From Dictyostelium discoideum (lineage: Eukaryota): a DNA stretch of 64,000 nucleotides. Numbering within the stretch: the first letter of the stretch is position 1; each line of letters starts with the position of its first letter. Made by a program: the position numbers and the translations under genes. The stretch spans positions 2,144,001-2,208,000 of the forward strand of contig CM000153.2 in assembly GCA_000004695.1 (NCBI GenBank), given 5' to 3'. The notes below the pieces were generated by a model. The model saw only the letters and a list, made by a program, of their open reading frames with translations, had not been told where the DNA came from and did not search any database. This document shows positions 29,651 through 43,150 of the stretch, in pieces.

Positions 29651-31669
29651 TTATTTATCAGCAGTTGTGGTGGTTGTTGTTGTTGGTTCAATTGAATCAG
29701 TAGTAGTAGTAGTAGTAGTAGTAGTAGTTTGATCTGAATCAGTTGGTTTAGAATGAATATATTCACATTTATCACCTTTGAAACATTTATTATGAATGAA
29801 ATATATACAATTTGTTGTAGTTGGATTTTTCTTTTTTTTATTTTGATTTCTATTTTTTTTATTTTCACCAACATTTGCTTCATCAGAGGAGCGTTTTTTT
29901 GTTGATTTACCACCAGTTGCTCTTGAACCAGGGCCCCAATTTTCTTTTGGATTTGGGAAATATTTTGGAACATCAGGATGTTCACCTTTTGCTAATGGAT
30001 TTTTAGTGAAATCAATTTTATTTTTTGGTTCTTGAGATAGAATATGATTGGCAGGTGAATCTGGACCAAGATTTTTTGGAGGATGATCCTTTGCATAGGT
30101 TCTAAAGATATCCCAAAGGAATTGAAATGGTGCATCGGTTTTAATTGATGGTAAAACATGAGAGGAACTAACTTTGTAACCACCATTTAAGATTGCACTT
30201 TTGATCATTGCAGTTGGTGGAGTTGATAAATGAAGTGTATGAGTGAAATGATCAGATTTGAAATAAAACATTTGATCTGGTAATTCATCGATAACCGATG
30301 TTAAAACACCATACATACGACGAGAGGTATTGAAAGTTGTTGGATTCTTCTCGAGGAAGGATATAGCTTGTTTACAAAAGTCAACATTGTGGATTCTTTT
30401 AGCCCAAAATGGACCGGCGAATTGGTATTGTTTGGTGCAATGTTGGCAATGAGAGCCCACCTCTTTATTCAATAGTGGTACTTTGTATTTGATGGAATTG
30501 CCCTCCTCTTTTACCACACCAGTTGGTTGAATATGAAAACTACCACAACCAATACAACTGAAAATATTGGCCATCTTTGAGAGGGCTTTCTTGGCCTCCA
30601 ATGGTGAAGAATAGACACGAACAAACACACGTACATAGAAATCTACACTTAGGGAGAGTATTGGTACAATGTGTCTTTTGTAACGATTGGCATGTTGTTC
30701 AATTGAGTGTAGAAGAATACGCAAGCCCATCTCATGGCAAAAACCAGCACGATGAACTGGCACACTTTGATATTTATGAAAACAAGCCTCTGGATAACTA
30801 CCACATAATACAGCGGTATCAGTGGCGGTGACACATAGCAAACCACCATCTGCAACCGCTTGGACTGCACTATCCAAAAATTGGGTTGGTGCGCCGTATG
30901 GATCGACATCGACGACGTCGTATTGTTTACTATGTGTTCTATTCTCCATCATTACCATTGTGGCATCACCTAGATTTGGTTTAATACGTTCCTCTGGTAC
31001 ACCATTGTATTCTCTATTCTTTACGATTGAATCCACAGCAGTTTGTAAAATATCATTGGCTAAAATATAATCCAAATCATCTCCAATCTCTTTAGCATAA
31101 CGAATTGATCTTAATCCAGTAGCTGCCAATGCCTCTAAAACCCTAATCTTTTTAAATGGTTTACCACGTTCTAAACATTCTTTCTTTCTCTCTTCAATGA
31201 ATAATTTAATCATTAAAATTGACATATCTCTATTAAATTCTTGAACTGGATTATAAAATACTTCATTTTGATTATTATATAAAATTGTTGCTGAATTTTC
31301 AATAACTGTTACAATATTTGATTGTTCTTTAGTTTCATTATTTTCTTTTTCTTTTTGTTGTGTTTCATCTACTGATGTTTTATTAGTTGCAGTGGTTGTT
31401 TCTAATGTTGACTCTTCTTTTGGTTGTTCAACTACTTTAACTTCATTCATTTTAACATCTTCCATTTCTTTTATTATATTACTTATATTTTTTGATTTTA
31501 AAATTGAACTACTACTGAATGATAAAAAATTATTATTATTACTTTTTAAATGATTAATTGATGTTGAATTGATAAAAATACTATTACTATTATTATTTTG
31601 GAAGAATTTATTTGGATTTTGAATCAATAAACTATTTTTAACAATTTTATTTAATCGATTTGCTATCAT
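29651..31669 (-). CDS. trm1: tRNA (guanine26-N2)-dimethyltransferase TRM1/TRMT1 with C-terminal CCCH zinc finger; single exon, 672 aa
   Basis: Track ORF of 672 aa. It contains TRM1 motifs (VFYNPVQEFNRDMSI, EALAATGLRSIRYAKE, DVDPYGAP, and the Cys cluster CIGCGSF...CQHC). The C-terminal CIYFIHNKCFKGDKCEYIHS is a CCCH-type finger, as in metazoan TRMT1. Confidence 0.9.
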   Translation of the reverse strand: MIANRLNKIVKNSLLIQNPNKFFQNNNSNSIFINSTSINHLKSNNNNFLSFSSSSILKSKNISNIIKEMEDVKMNEVKVVEQPKEESTLETTTATNKTSVDETQQKEKENNETKEQSNIVTVIENSATILYNNQNEVFYNPVQEFNRDMSILMIKLFIEERKKECLERGKPFKKIRVLEALAATGLRSIRYAKEIGDDLDYILANDILQTAVDSIVKNREYNGVPEERIKPNLGDATMVMMENRTHSKQYDVVDVDPYGAPTQFLDSAVQAVADGGLLCVTATDTAVLCGSYPEACFHKYQSVPVHRAGFCHEMGLRILLHSIEQHANRYKRHIVPILSLSVDFYVRVFVRVYSSPLEAKKALSKMANIFSCIGCGSFHIQPTGVVKEEGNSIKYKVPLLNKEVGSHCQHCTKQYQFAGPFWAKRIHNVDFCKQAISFLEKNPTTFNTSRRMYGVLTSVIDELPDQMFYFKSDHFTHTLHLSTPPTAMIKSAILNGGYKVSSSHVLPSIKTDAPFQFLWDIFRTYAKDHPPKNLGPDSPANHILSQEPKNKIDFTKNPLAKGEHPDVPKYFPNPKENWGPGSRATGGKSTKKRSSDEANVGENKKNRNQNKKKKNPTTTNCIYFIHNKCFKGDKCEYIHSKPTDSDQTTTTTTTTTTDSIEPTTTTTTTADK

Positions 31670-32003
31670 AAGTTGTTTTTTTTTTTTTTTTTTTGAATAG
31701 AAATATCGAATATAGGTTTGGAAAAAAATATAAAATTAAAAAAAAAAAATACCGAATATCACTCAAAAACGATTTTTTTTTTTTTTTGTTAATTTTCAAA
31801 AAAATTTTTTTTTTTTTTTTTTTTTTTTCTTCTAAAAATAAATTGGTCAGACTGACAAAAATAAAAATAACTCTTTTTTTTTTTTTTTTTTAATAATCAT
31901 TTATTTTATTAATGCATGGGGTAGGTGTGTGAGAGATTAGTTAATTTTTTTTTTTCTTGATTTTTTTTTTTTTTTAATTTTTTTTTTTTTTTTTTTTTTT
32001 TTG

Positions 32004-33261
32004 TTAATTATTTTGTGGTGAGGTTGGAGATGATTGTTGATTTTGTTGTTGCTGTTGTTGTTGTTGTTGTTGTTGTTGTTGAACAGCAGCGGCAGCAGCA
32101 GCAGCGGCAGCTTGTTGTTGTTCAGCTTTATTAACTAAAGCAATTAAAACTTCTTTAGTTTCCAATAGATCGTGTGGAATATAAAAGTTATCTCTTCTAA
32201 CGGTTTCCCAAATGGTGACATCAAAGAAAAAGAAAGAACCAACCTCAAAGGTTGAGGTTATATTTGGTTCAGTACCTTGAACACGAGTTAACCATATCTT
32301 TCCTTCTTTGTGATATCTCCAATCTCTATCATACAATTCGATGGCTGCATGTAATTGTAATACATCCTTTGGCATTGAATAAAATATATAAAATAGTGTT
32401 TCATATGTGAATAGGTTCATCTTGAATGTTGGTGATTCTAAATTTGGTGTAGAATAACACAACGGGATATAATATTCAGGTTTTCTCGAAATTGAATAAT
32501 CTACCCATGGTGATCCAAATGAATTTGATATTTCCCTAAAATAAAATTACCATGATCATTTTTTTTTTTTTTTTTAAAATATTTGATTAATATTAATATT
32601 TGTTTGTTTTTTTTTTTTTTTTTTTTTTTTTGAATAAACCTATTATTATTACTATAATTTACCCTTGAGAATTTAAATTTAAACCTAACGCTGTTAAATC
32701 AATACCAATGGAAAGGGTACTTATATCTAAATCTGTATTTTTAATTACACTTAATAAACCTAATAAACCATATTTTCCATTATCTTTATCAACAATATTA
32801 AAATCTTTTCTTTGATATTCTTCGTGACCTTGATCATAACCTAAATGATGGTGAAGTGAATTTTCATCTGATGAAAATGTATTATTACTATTATTATTAT
32901 TACTATTATTATTATTGTTATTATTACTATTATTATTATTATTATTATTAGTGTTATTATTTTGATTATTATTATTATTATTACTATTATTTTTTGATTG
33001 AGCTAAATTGAATAAATATGTATTAGTATTGATAAAATAAATATAATTAAAGTATGATAATAGGTAAGGATAGATGATGTGATGACAGATGGATGAATGA
33101 TGATTGAAAACAATAGTAATTTTGCTATTACTGCTGTTAATTAATATATTATTGTATTAATGATTGAAATTTACCATTTTTATTTGAGGTACTGCTCAGT
33201 ACGGGGAAATCGTTGTTTAAATCAAAATTATTATTATTATTGTTATTGTTATTATTATTGA

Positions 33262-33294
<33 letters not shown>

Positions 33295-33333
33295 CTTTTC
33301 CTTGTTGTTTTTGAAGAGGTGATGTGGAAGAAA

Positions 33334-33376
<43 letters not shown>

Positions 33377-33931
33377 ATTGTTATTATTATTGTTATTACT
33401 ATTATAAGGATAATTTTGCATGCCTTGTATTATTGGTCCATTGCTATTAATATTTCCTCTTTGTTGTTGTTGTTGTGTGTTTTGTTGTGCGTTATTTACA
33501 TTACCATTCATTCTTGGTATATTTTGAAGATTTGGTGAGCTGGATGTTGTTGGCGTATTTGGTGTTGATCTTGATAATGGTTGTTGAGGTTGTTGTTGTT
33601 GTTGTGGTGGTGGTGGTGGCTGCTGTGAATTCGAAGATGATATTGGTCTTCCATTATTGTTATTATTGGTATTATTGTTATTATTCATCATATTCATATT
33701 ATTTATATTGGTTGCCATATTACCTCCAGTTGGCATCCCATTGATATTACTATTATTTCCAACCCTATTATTATTAATATTACTACTATTATTGTTGTTA
33801 TTATTTTGATTTTGTCCACCCATCATATTTTGATTTTGTCCTCTAAAATTTTGCTGTTGATTTTGTTGGTTTTGATTTTGTTGTTGGTTTAAATGTTGTG
33901 GTCCTTGCCTATTTATCATTGGATTAATCAT
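32004..33931 (-). CDS. CCR4-NOT transcription complex subunit 2 (NOT2/CNOT2); 3 exons: 33931-33175, 33002-32663, 32535-32004; ~542 aa
   Basis: The NOT2/3/5 box (LFYIFYSMPKDVLQLHAAIELYDRDWRYHKEGKIWLTR) matches human LFYLYYMNGGDVLQLLAAVELFNRDWRYHKEERVWITR. The middle exon (KYGLLGLLSVIKNTDLDISTLSIGIDLTALGLNLNSQ) matches MFGMVGLLTFIRAAETD...LGSDLTTLGLNLNS. FDLNNDFPVLSS matches LDLSDFPALA. Both introns use GTAAAT donors. The N-terminal exon is Q/N-rich. Confidence 0.85.
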
Positions 33932-34480
33932 TTCTGGTCCTTTATTTTCATTAATATTGTTATTTTTATTTTATTATTATTATTATTATTGGTTAGTACG
34001 GCTACAAAAAAGAGAAAAGAAGAGAAAGAAGAGAAAAATGAGTCTTACTGGATTGCAAATTAAAATTACTATAATTCATATTTGGATTTGCATAGTTTGC
34101 ATAATTCATCATTCCAGGATGAGGTTGCTGCTCATGATCAATATCATGATCATCTTTGTTATACTGAGACATTTTTTTTTTTTTTTTTTTAATATTCGAT
34201 ATTAATATTTACCCTTTTTTTTTTTTTTTTTTTTTTTTTCTTCTTTCTCTTTTCTTCTTTTTCGAATGGGAAACTATATTATGTGTAATTTAATATTTGC
34301 TTTTATGGTCAGTAACTTTTTTTTTTTATTTTTTTTTAAAAATTCTTTATTTATTTTGTTTTTTAAATTTGCTTACCTTTTTTTTTTTTTTAATTTATTT
34401 AAATTTCATTTGTTTTTTTTTTTTTTTTTTTTTTTCTTTGTTTGAAAAAAATAATTAAATAAAAAAGGTACCGAGCTGAT

Positions 34481-34580
34481 NNNNNNNNNNNNNNNNNNNN
34501 NNNNNNNNNNNNNNNNNNNNNNNNNNNNNNNNNNNNNNNNNNNNNNNNNNNNNNNNNNNNNNNNNNNNNNNNNNNNNNNN
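34481..34580. other. Assembly gap (100 N)
   Basis: Run of exactly 100 n characters. Confidence 0.99.
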
Positions 34581-34587
34581 CTTTTGG

Positions 34588-34622
<35 letters not shown>

Positions 34623-34849
34623 AAAAATTTTTAAATTTTTTTTATTATTTTTTTTTTATTTTTTTTTTTTTTTCAAAATTGAACTCAAATTGTTTTTTTT
34701 TTTTATAATTTTTTATAATTTTTTTTTTTTGTATTATTTTTGTTATAATTATTTTTCATTTTTTTTTTTTTTTTCAAGTACCTTTTCCCCCTTTGTTCCA
34801 TTACCAATTTTAGAATTTAATTAATTAAATATATATATATTGAACTTAA

Positions 34850-35736
<887 letters not shown>

Positions 35737-35760
35737 TATAACATATAATATAAAACAAAA

Positions 35761-35796
<36 letters not shown>

Positions 35797-35934
35797 CAAA
35801 AAAATACATAAACGATTATATATTTATTTTAAACAAAAATAAGTTTATTTTTATTTTTATCATTGTCTATTTTTATTTTTATTTTGGGTCTAAAATTTAT
35901 TTTTTGATTTTTTTTTTTTTTGGTCAAAAATTTT

Positions 35935-35970
<36 letters not shown>

Positions 35971-36041
35971 TTCATTTCTTTTTTAATTGTAACCTGATTG
36001 TGTGTGTTTATTTACTTTTTTTTAATATAATTTCAAGAATA

Positions 36042-36297
36042 ATGGATCAATACAATAGTAATAATAATTTCAATGGCGGCAGAAACAACAACAATAATTT
36101 TGATGATAATTCTCAATATAATGGATATGATAATAACATGAACAACCAATTCAACAATAATGATAATCAATATAATAATAATAACAACAATCAATATAAT
36201 CAATATGACAATAACAGTAACAACAATAACAATAACAATAATAATAATAATAATAATAGTGATAATAATTACAACAATTACAATAATTTTAATAATT

Positions 36298-36356
<59 letters not shown>

Positions 36357-36378
36357 TTTAATAACAATAATAATAATT

Positions 36379-36419
<41 letters not shown>

Positions 36420-37240
36420 CAATATAACCAACAAGATTTTATAATGAATCAATTAAATGATATGTTAGATAGAATTGATTCATCTCAAGATTATATAAAG
36501 AATACAAAAGAATGGATAATGAATAATTGCTTCAACTCTGTTGTATTTGTTAATTTTATAACGAAAAAAGTAACAGAGATTAGTCCAGATCAAAAACTAT
36601 TCATTTTATTTTTAATTAGCGATATTTTACATTTTAGGTATGTTTTGATTTTTAATCATTTTTTTATTTATTAACAATTTAACTTTTTTTTTTTTTTAGG
36701 AAATACCAATAATTTAATTGTTCAATATATTAATAAATTTTTTTTAGTCAATTTAATAGGATAGAAGGAAGACCAGAATATTTTATACAACCTTTTTATC
36801 AAAATTTACCAATGATTTTATCAAACACATATTATATAATAAATCAACCAATGAGAGATCAAGTTAATAATGTAAATATATCCTATCATTAATATATAAT
36901 ATATATTATTATTATTTGAATTATTAATTTTTAATTTTTTAAAAAAAAAAAAAAAAAAAAAAAACAGATTTTAAATTTATGGATAGAAAGAAATATTTAT
37001 ACAAAGAGTGAAGTTGAGGAATTAAAAAAATATTTAAAAAAATCACCACCACCTGGAGTTGCAATTACACCAGGTGTTACAGTTTCTCATATTCGTTTAT
37101 CACTAGATGTTACATTACCATTGAATTCACAAGATATTGACTATTATCATTTATATAATTTTGATAGATCTGAAAATAATACTCCACTTTATAATTCTAT
37201 AGATCATTTTTATAAAACAATTTACAAAGAAACACAATAA
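36042..37240 (+). CDS. CID-domain protein (RPRD1/Rtt103-like RNA polymerase II CTD-interacting domain); 3 exons: 36042-36637, 36748-36871, 36968-37240; ~330 aa; Asn-rich N-terminal half
   Basis: After a poly-N N-terminus, the sequence WIMNNCFNSVVFVNFITKKVTEISPDQKLFILFLISDILHFSQFNRIEGRPEYFIQPFYQNLPMIL...ILNLWIERNIYTKSEVEELKKYL parallels RPRD1 (KLTFLYLANDVIQNSKRKGPEFTREFESVLVDAF...LERLLNIWQERSVY). Donors are GTATGT and GTAAAT. Two in-frame alternative acceptors exist for exon 2 (36748 or 36760). The track ORF start at 35904 lies in a poly-T tract and is rejected in favour of ATG 36042. Confidence 0.6.
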
Positions 37241-37612
37241 TAAATAATAAATAATAAAGTAAAAAAAAATTATTATTTTTTTTTTTTTTTTATTTTTCAT
37301 TAAAAAAAAAAAAAAAAAAAAAAAAATAATAAAATTTTTGGTAACGAGGGAAAGGTGTCTAGAAATTAATTTTATTTCTTTATTTTTTTTATATGTATAA
37401 AAAAAGATAATTATTTTTAATAAAAATATCATTTAGGAATTCTTTTTTTAATTTCAGGAAAATACACATAAAAAAATTAACGCCAAATTTTTTTATTTTT
37501 ATTTTTAAATTTTTATTTTTTATTTTTTTTACTTTTTTTTTTTTTTTTTTTTTTTTCACTTTTATTTTTTGATTTCTCTTTTTTTTAAACTACCACCGAC
37601 CCCACCCACACA

Positions 37613-38072
37613 TTGATGATTTTATTAAAAAGTTTAATAAATAAATCATCATTATCATCACCATCATTTAAGAGTATTAATAAATCATTAACATTCAAAA
37701 ATATCAATAATTATTATACAACCACCACTACAACAACAAGTTTAAATTTAAAGAGTAATATATTATTTAATAATAGTGACAATAAAATGAGCATTGACAA
37801 TAAAGAAAAAATCCGTGCAGGTTTAGAAGATCTCATGAAGAGAAGATTCTTCATTACTCAATCTTTTTCAATCTATGGTGGTCAAGCTGGTCTTTACGAT
37901 TATGGTCCACCAGGTTGTGCCGTCAAAGCAAACCTTATCAACCTTTGGAGACAACATTTCGTTTTAAATGAAGATATGTCCGAAGTTGATTGTGTTTCTG
38001 TAACACCAGAACAAGTTTTAAAGTTTGTATTATATTAAATAAATAAATTAATATTAATAAATAAATTTTAAT

Positions 38073-38110
<38 letters not shown>

Positions 38111-39756
38111 TTATTTAAAATTTTAGAGCATCAGGACATGTTGCAAAATTTGCAGATTTTATGGTTAAAGATGAAGTCACAAAAGCATTTTTTAGAGCAG
38201 ATCATATTTTAGAAGCACATATTCAAACATTATTAAAGGATACAAGTAAAATGAGTAAAGAACAAATTGAAGAATTAAATTTTGTATTGGCTAAAGCAGG
38301 TGATTACAATCAAGAACAATTGAAAGAATCATTGATCAAATATAATGTTAAAGCACCAGAGACTGGTAATGCATTAACAGAACCATATCCATTCAATTTA
38401 ATGTTCCAAACTCAAATTGGACCATCAGGTTTATCAACTGGTTACCTTCGTCCAGAGACAGCACAAGGTATTTTCACCAATTTCGGTAAACTCTATGAGT
38501 ATAATGGTAAAAAGTTACCATTTGCCGCCGCACAAATTGGTAATGCCTTTAGAAATGAAATTGCACCACGTGCTGGTTTACTTCGTGTAAGAGAGTTTAC
38601 AATGGCCGAGATTGAGCATTTCGTCAATCCAAACAATAAAACTCACCCAAAATTCAATGAGATCAAAGATGTTGAAGCTAATCTCCTTTCATCAGATTCT
38701 CAAGATAAAACTAGTGAAATCCAAGTTTGCACCTTTGGTGAAGCCGTCGAAAAGAAACTCATTGACAATGAGACACTCGCTTACTTTATGGCTCGTACTC
38801 AACAATTCCTTCACACCGTTGGTATCAAACCAGCTGGTCTTCGTTTCAGACAACATCAAAAGAATGAAATGGCTCATTATGCTCAAGATTGTTGGGATGC
38901 TGAAATCCTCTCTTCCTATGGTTGGGTTGAATGTGTAGGTCATGCCGATCGTTCATGTTATGATCTTAAAGTTCATGCCACTGAATCCAAATCAAATCTC
39001 TCTGCCTACGAGGAATTCAAAGAACCACAATTTGTTGACATTGCAAAGGTTGTCGTTAATCCAGGTGCAATCTCAAAGAAACATAGAGCTGCCGTTTCAC
39101 CAATTAAGAAATACTTGACCGAACTCAAAGATGATCTCGCCAAAGCATTGGAAATCCAAGAAACAATCACCAAGGATGGCTCATACAATTTAGTGTTGGA
39201 TGGTAATACCTACGATATCACCGCCGATATGGTCACCATTAGTAAAGCTCAAGAAAAGAAGAATGGTCATACCTTCTTCCCACATGTCATTGAACCATCA
39301 TTTGGTTTGGGTCGTATCATTTACTCAATTCTCGAACAAAACTATTACACCAGAGAAAATGATGAACAAAGAGGTGTACTCTCTTTACCAGCTATCATCG
39401 CTCCAGTTAAAGCCTCTATCCTTCCTTTAACCTCTTCCGATCGTATCGCTCCATTTGTTCAAACCATTTCAAAGGCACTCAAAGAAGCAAACATCTCAAC
39501 TAAAGTTGATGACACTGGTAATGCCATTGGTAGAAAATACGCTCGTACCGATGAAATTGGTGTTCCATTTGGTGTCACCATCGATTTCCAAACTGTTGAA
39601 GATAACACTGTCACTCTTCGTGAACGTGATACCACTAAACAAGTTCGTATTCCAATCTCTGAATTAGCATCAACTCTTAGAAAACTTTGTGATTTAACTG
39701 TTAGTTGGTCTGATATTTTAAAAACTTTCCCAATTTATGAAGGTCAATCAGAATAA
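37613..39756 (+). CDS. glyS: Glycyl-tRNA synthetase (class II, eukaryotic GARS-type); 2 exons: 37613-38022 and 38127-39756; ~679 aa from the first ATG. A second ATG ([16 protein letters not shown]) suggests a shorter cytosolic isoform.
   Basis: Near-colinear identity with human [44 protein letters not shown] aligns with [164 protein letters not shown] and [19 protein letters not shown] also match. The codon bias is that of a highly expressed gene (C-ending codons). The intron donor is the non-canonical GTTTGT. Confidence 0.9.
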
Positions 39757-40287
39757 AAAAAAAAAATAAAAAAAAAATAAAAAAAAATATATAAATAAAT
39801 TTAAATCAAATAATTAATTATAAAAAAAGATATTTACTTATTTTTAGATATTTTTTATTTTTTTTTTTATTTTTTTTTTTTTTCCTCGATCACCATCGGC
39901 AAAAAATGAAATCAATCGTTTCAAAAAAAAAAAAAAAGTGACGAAAATATTTTATTTTTTTATTTTAAAATATTTTTCAAAACAATTAGATTACTTGAAA
40001 AATTGAAAAAGATATTTTTAAAATGTTTTTTTTTAATATTTTTTTATTTTTTAATATTTTTTTATTTTTTTAATATTTTTTTATTTTTTTATTTTGGTTG
40101 GGGAGTTTCGAATAAAAATTCTTTTAAGACCAAGTTTTAGATTTTTTTTTTTTTTTTTTATTTTTTTTTGATTTCGTCACTCTAGTTAATTATTTTTTTT
40201 ACTATAGTTTTAAAATTATTGAGTAAAAGTCAACTAAAAAAAAATATAAAAAAAAAATTTAAACAAAATAAAATAATTAAATTAACA

Positions 40288-42464
40288 ATGATTACAAATA
40301 AATCAAAGTACTATTTTTTTTTAATTTTAATTTTTATAAATTTTTATTTAATTAATTGTCAAGAAGAATATCCAATTGATCAAACAGGAAAATGCGAACC
40401 TTATATTGGAGATAGTCAAATTACTAAATGTTCAACATTTTTACCAAATATAAGTATGTTATCATTTCTTTAATATTAATATAAATATAAAAAAAAAATT
40501 GTTGTAAAAAAAAAAAAATTGTTTAAAAAAAAAAAATGTTTAAAAAAAAAAAAAAAATAAATTAATTAATTTTAAAAAAATATAAATTAGATTCTATCTA
40601 TGTTTCGGCCAATTCAACACAAAAAGATTCAATGAAAACATTGGATAATTATTTTGGATTACTTTTAGCTGTTGGAAGTGAAAAATGTAAAGATTCGTCA
40701 CTTACATATCAAACATTATGTTCAATGGTAAATATTAAAATTAAAATATTATTTTAATAATTTTAAAAAAAAAAAAAAATAAAAAAAAAAAAAATAATTA
40801 ACTAATTTTAAATTTAAAAAAAGTATTTAAAAGAATGTGAAAGTTTTACAGATAATTCAACTTTAAAAACAGTTTCAATACCAAAAAGAATTTGTCGTAA
40901 AACATGTAATGATGTAACTAAATTATGTAATATTGAAAGTTTATTTAATTGTAGTCAAAATGAACCAATTAATAATTTACCATTATGTCCATTGAATTAT
41001 TCAATCTATGATTTATCATTAGTTAATGGTGATAGTAATTATGAATTACAATGTTATTCACCATTATCAAATGATAGTATTGAAATCCCAGTTACTAATT
41101 ATTGTCCATTTCCATTGATTTATATTAATTCTACTGATCATTCAGCAGATGAAGATAGAGGATACATGTTTGTTTCAGGTAATTCAAATTGTGTAGTACC
41201 AAATCCAGTACCGTTATATACACCAAAACAATGGGATAGATTATATGATCTATCAAATTCATTATCGGTATTATCATGTGTTGGGACATTATTCCTATTA
41301 TTTACATTCAATATTTTAAATAAAAAAATTAATAGATTCGATAGGATGAATTCTCTTTTTAATGGCTCAGTTTTTATGATGTCATTATCTGGTGTTATCA
41401 TTCTATTTGCAGGTGGTCCAAGAGCATTAATTAAAGATGGTGGCGCTCGTATTTCAGTTTGGCAAGATCCATTATGCTCTGCAACAGGTTTCATTTTCCA
41501 ATTATTTTCAATTGCTGCAATTTTATTTTGGGTTGTAATGTCTTTTGAATTATGGTATAAAATTAAATTTATGACTAAAAAATTAGATTTAAAAAAATAT
41601 TATATACCATTCATTATTATAGTTTCATTAGTATTTAGTATTATACCATTAGCAACTAAAAATTATAGAATGATTAGAGGAAATATGCAGTATGTATATA
41701 TAAATATTCAAAAAAAAAAAAAATTATAAAATAATTATTAATTTTTAAATTTATTTATTTTTTCATTAAAAAGTTGTTGGGTACATACAACAAAATTACA
41801 AAATTCATTATTTTGGATACCCTTAGGTATTGCAATTACAATTGGTACAATATTTATTGGATTGGTAATGTTTGAAATTCATAGAATTGTAAGCGCAAAT
41901 TCTAAAGGTGGTGTATTAAAATTAGAAATTAAATCAATTTTAAATGTTGCATTAATTTATTTAACATTCATTTACTTATTTGCATTTAATTTCTATATGA
42001 ATGGTCAAGAAGGTGTGGTTTATGGTCAAATTGAATCATTCTATCAATGTACACTTGAAAATGATGCATCTGAATGTACAATTCAAGGACCTTCAATTGG
42101 TTCACTTGGGTTCTTTATATTTTGTATTAGAATTTATGGTGTTTACTGCTTCATATTACAAGGTTTAAATTATAGAGCTTATAATATATGGAAAGAATCA
42201 ATTTTCTTTAATAATAGATTTGTATCATACATTAAAAATAATATTCTCAATATTGAAACTTCTTCAACTGGAAGTGGTGGAACTTCTACAACTGCATCAG
42301 CAACAACAACAACAACAACTAAAAAACACAACGGTATTGACAGTTTAAATATTGATTCAGCTTTCTCAAAAAATAATGAATCAGACGATGAAGATGATTA
42401 TGATCCATATAAAAAATCTAAAAATAATATAACTTTAAAAGATATCGAAGTTTCAAAATCTTAA
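40288..42464 (+). CDS. Frizzled/Smoothened-like 7TM receptor (Dictyostelium fsl family) with N-terminal signal peptide and cysteine-rich Fz-type domain; 4 exons: 40288-40453, 40591-40727, 40824-41689, 41774-42464; ~619 aa. An alternative upstream ATG at 40219 is possible.
   Basis: A signal peptide (MITNKSKYYFFLILIFINFYLINC) is followed by spaced Cys residues (CEPYIGDSQITKCSTF...CKDSSLTYQTLCSM...CESF...CRKTCNDVTKLC...CPLNY). Seven hydrophobic helices follow (LSVLSCVGTLFLLFTFNIL, VFMMSLSGVIILFAGG, FIFQLFSIAAILFWVVMSF, YIPFIIIVSLVFSIIPL, FWIPLGIAITIGTIFIGLVMF, ILNVALIYLTFIYLFAF, IGSLGFFIFCIRIYGVYCFIL). The C-terminus is Ser/Thr- and acidic-rich. Donors are GTATGT, GTAAAT and GTATGT. Confidence 0.75.
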
Positions 42465-43150
42465 AAAAAATAAAACAAAAAAAAATTATTTATTCTAAAA
42501 ATATAAATCTAAATTAAATTATATAAAATTTTATCACATAACTATTTTTCCAAGGCACTATATGATAAACTTCAAAACAATTAGGATTTATAGGTATAGC
42601 CCATTGTTTTGCATTCATATCTCTTTTAAATTTTAGTTAAATTTAATTAACATTGGCATTTTAGAGGTAACTGAATATTGAATGAGGTAATAAATGAAAT
42701 GGTCACCTAGTATATTTTGGTTTAAATAATTTATTTCTTAAAGAATTGTTAGAAGTGAGCTTTTTTAGAAAGTTCTTGTAAGAATTTGAGATGGTTTCAT
42801 TTTTTTTTTTTTATCATCCCTCTCGTTTTTCCTCAAAATTAAAAACAATTACAAAAAATGAATGATAATAAATTCTAAAAATAAATTCTAAAAATAAATT
42901 TTAGTGAAAAAAAAAAAAAAAATTCAAAAACAATAATGATTACATTCATTTTTTTTATATTTTATATCATTTTGTGTAGTTTTGAGTGTTCTATTTTTTA
43001 GTATAAATTAAATTTATAAATAAATAATTGTTAAAGAAAAAAAAAAAAAAAAAAAAAAAAATAAAAAATGTCTCAATATTTTTTTTTTTAAATTTTTTTT
43101 TTTTTTTTTCAAATTATAAAAAAAAATAAATTCATTACAATTTAATAACC

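Noticed and set aside
30577-31070. Short ORFs on the plus strand inside trm1 (30577-30831, 30822-31070) and antisense ORFs inside the membrane-protein and GlyRS genes
   Set aside because: These are overlapping antisense frames within well-supported long genes, with no independent support.
35904-36041. ORF-track start MIFFFFGQKF for the CID-domain gene
   Set aside because: The first 46 codons lie in poly-T/poly-A promoter-like sequence. ATG 36042 (MDQYNSNNN) is the plausible start.
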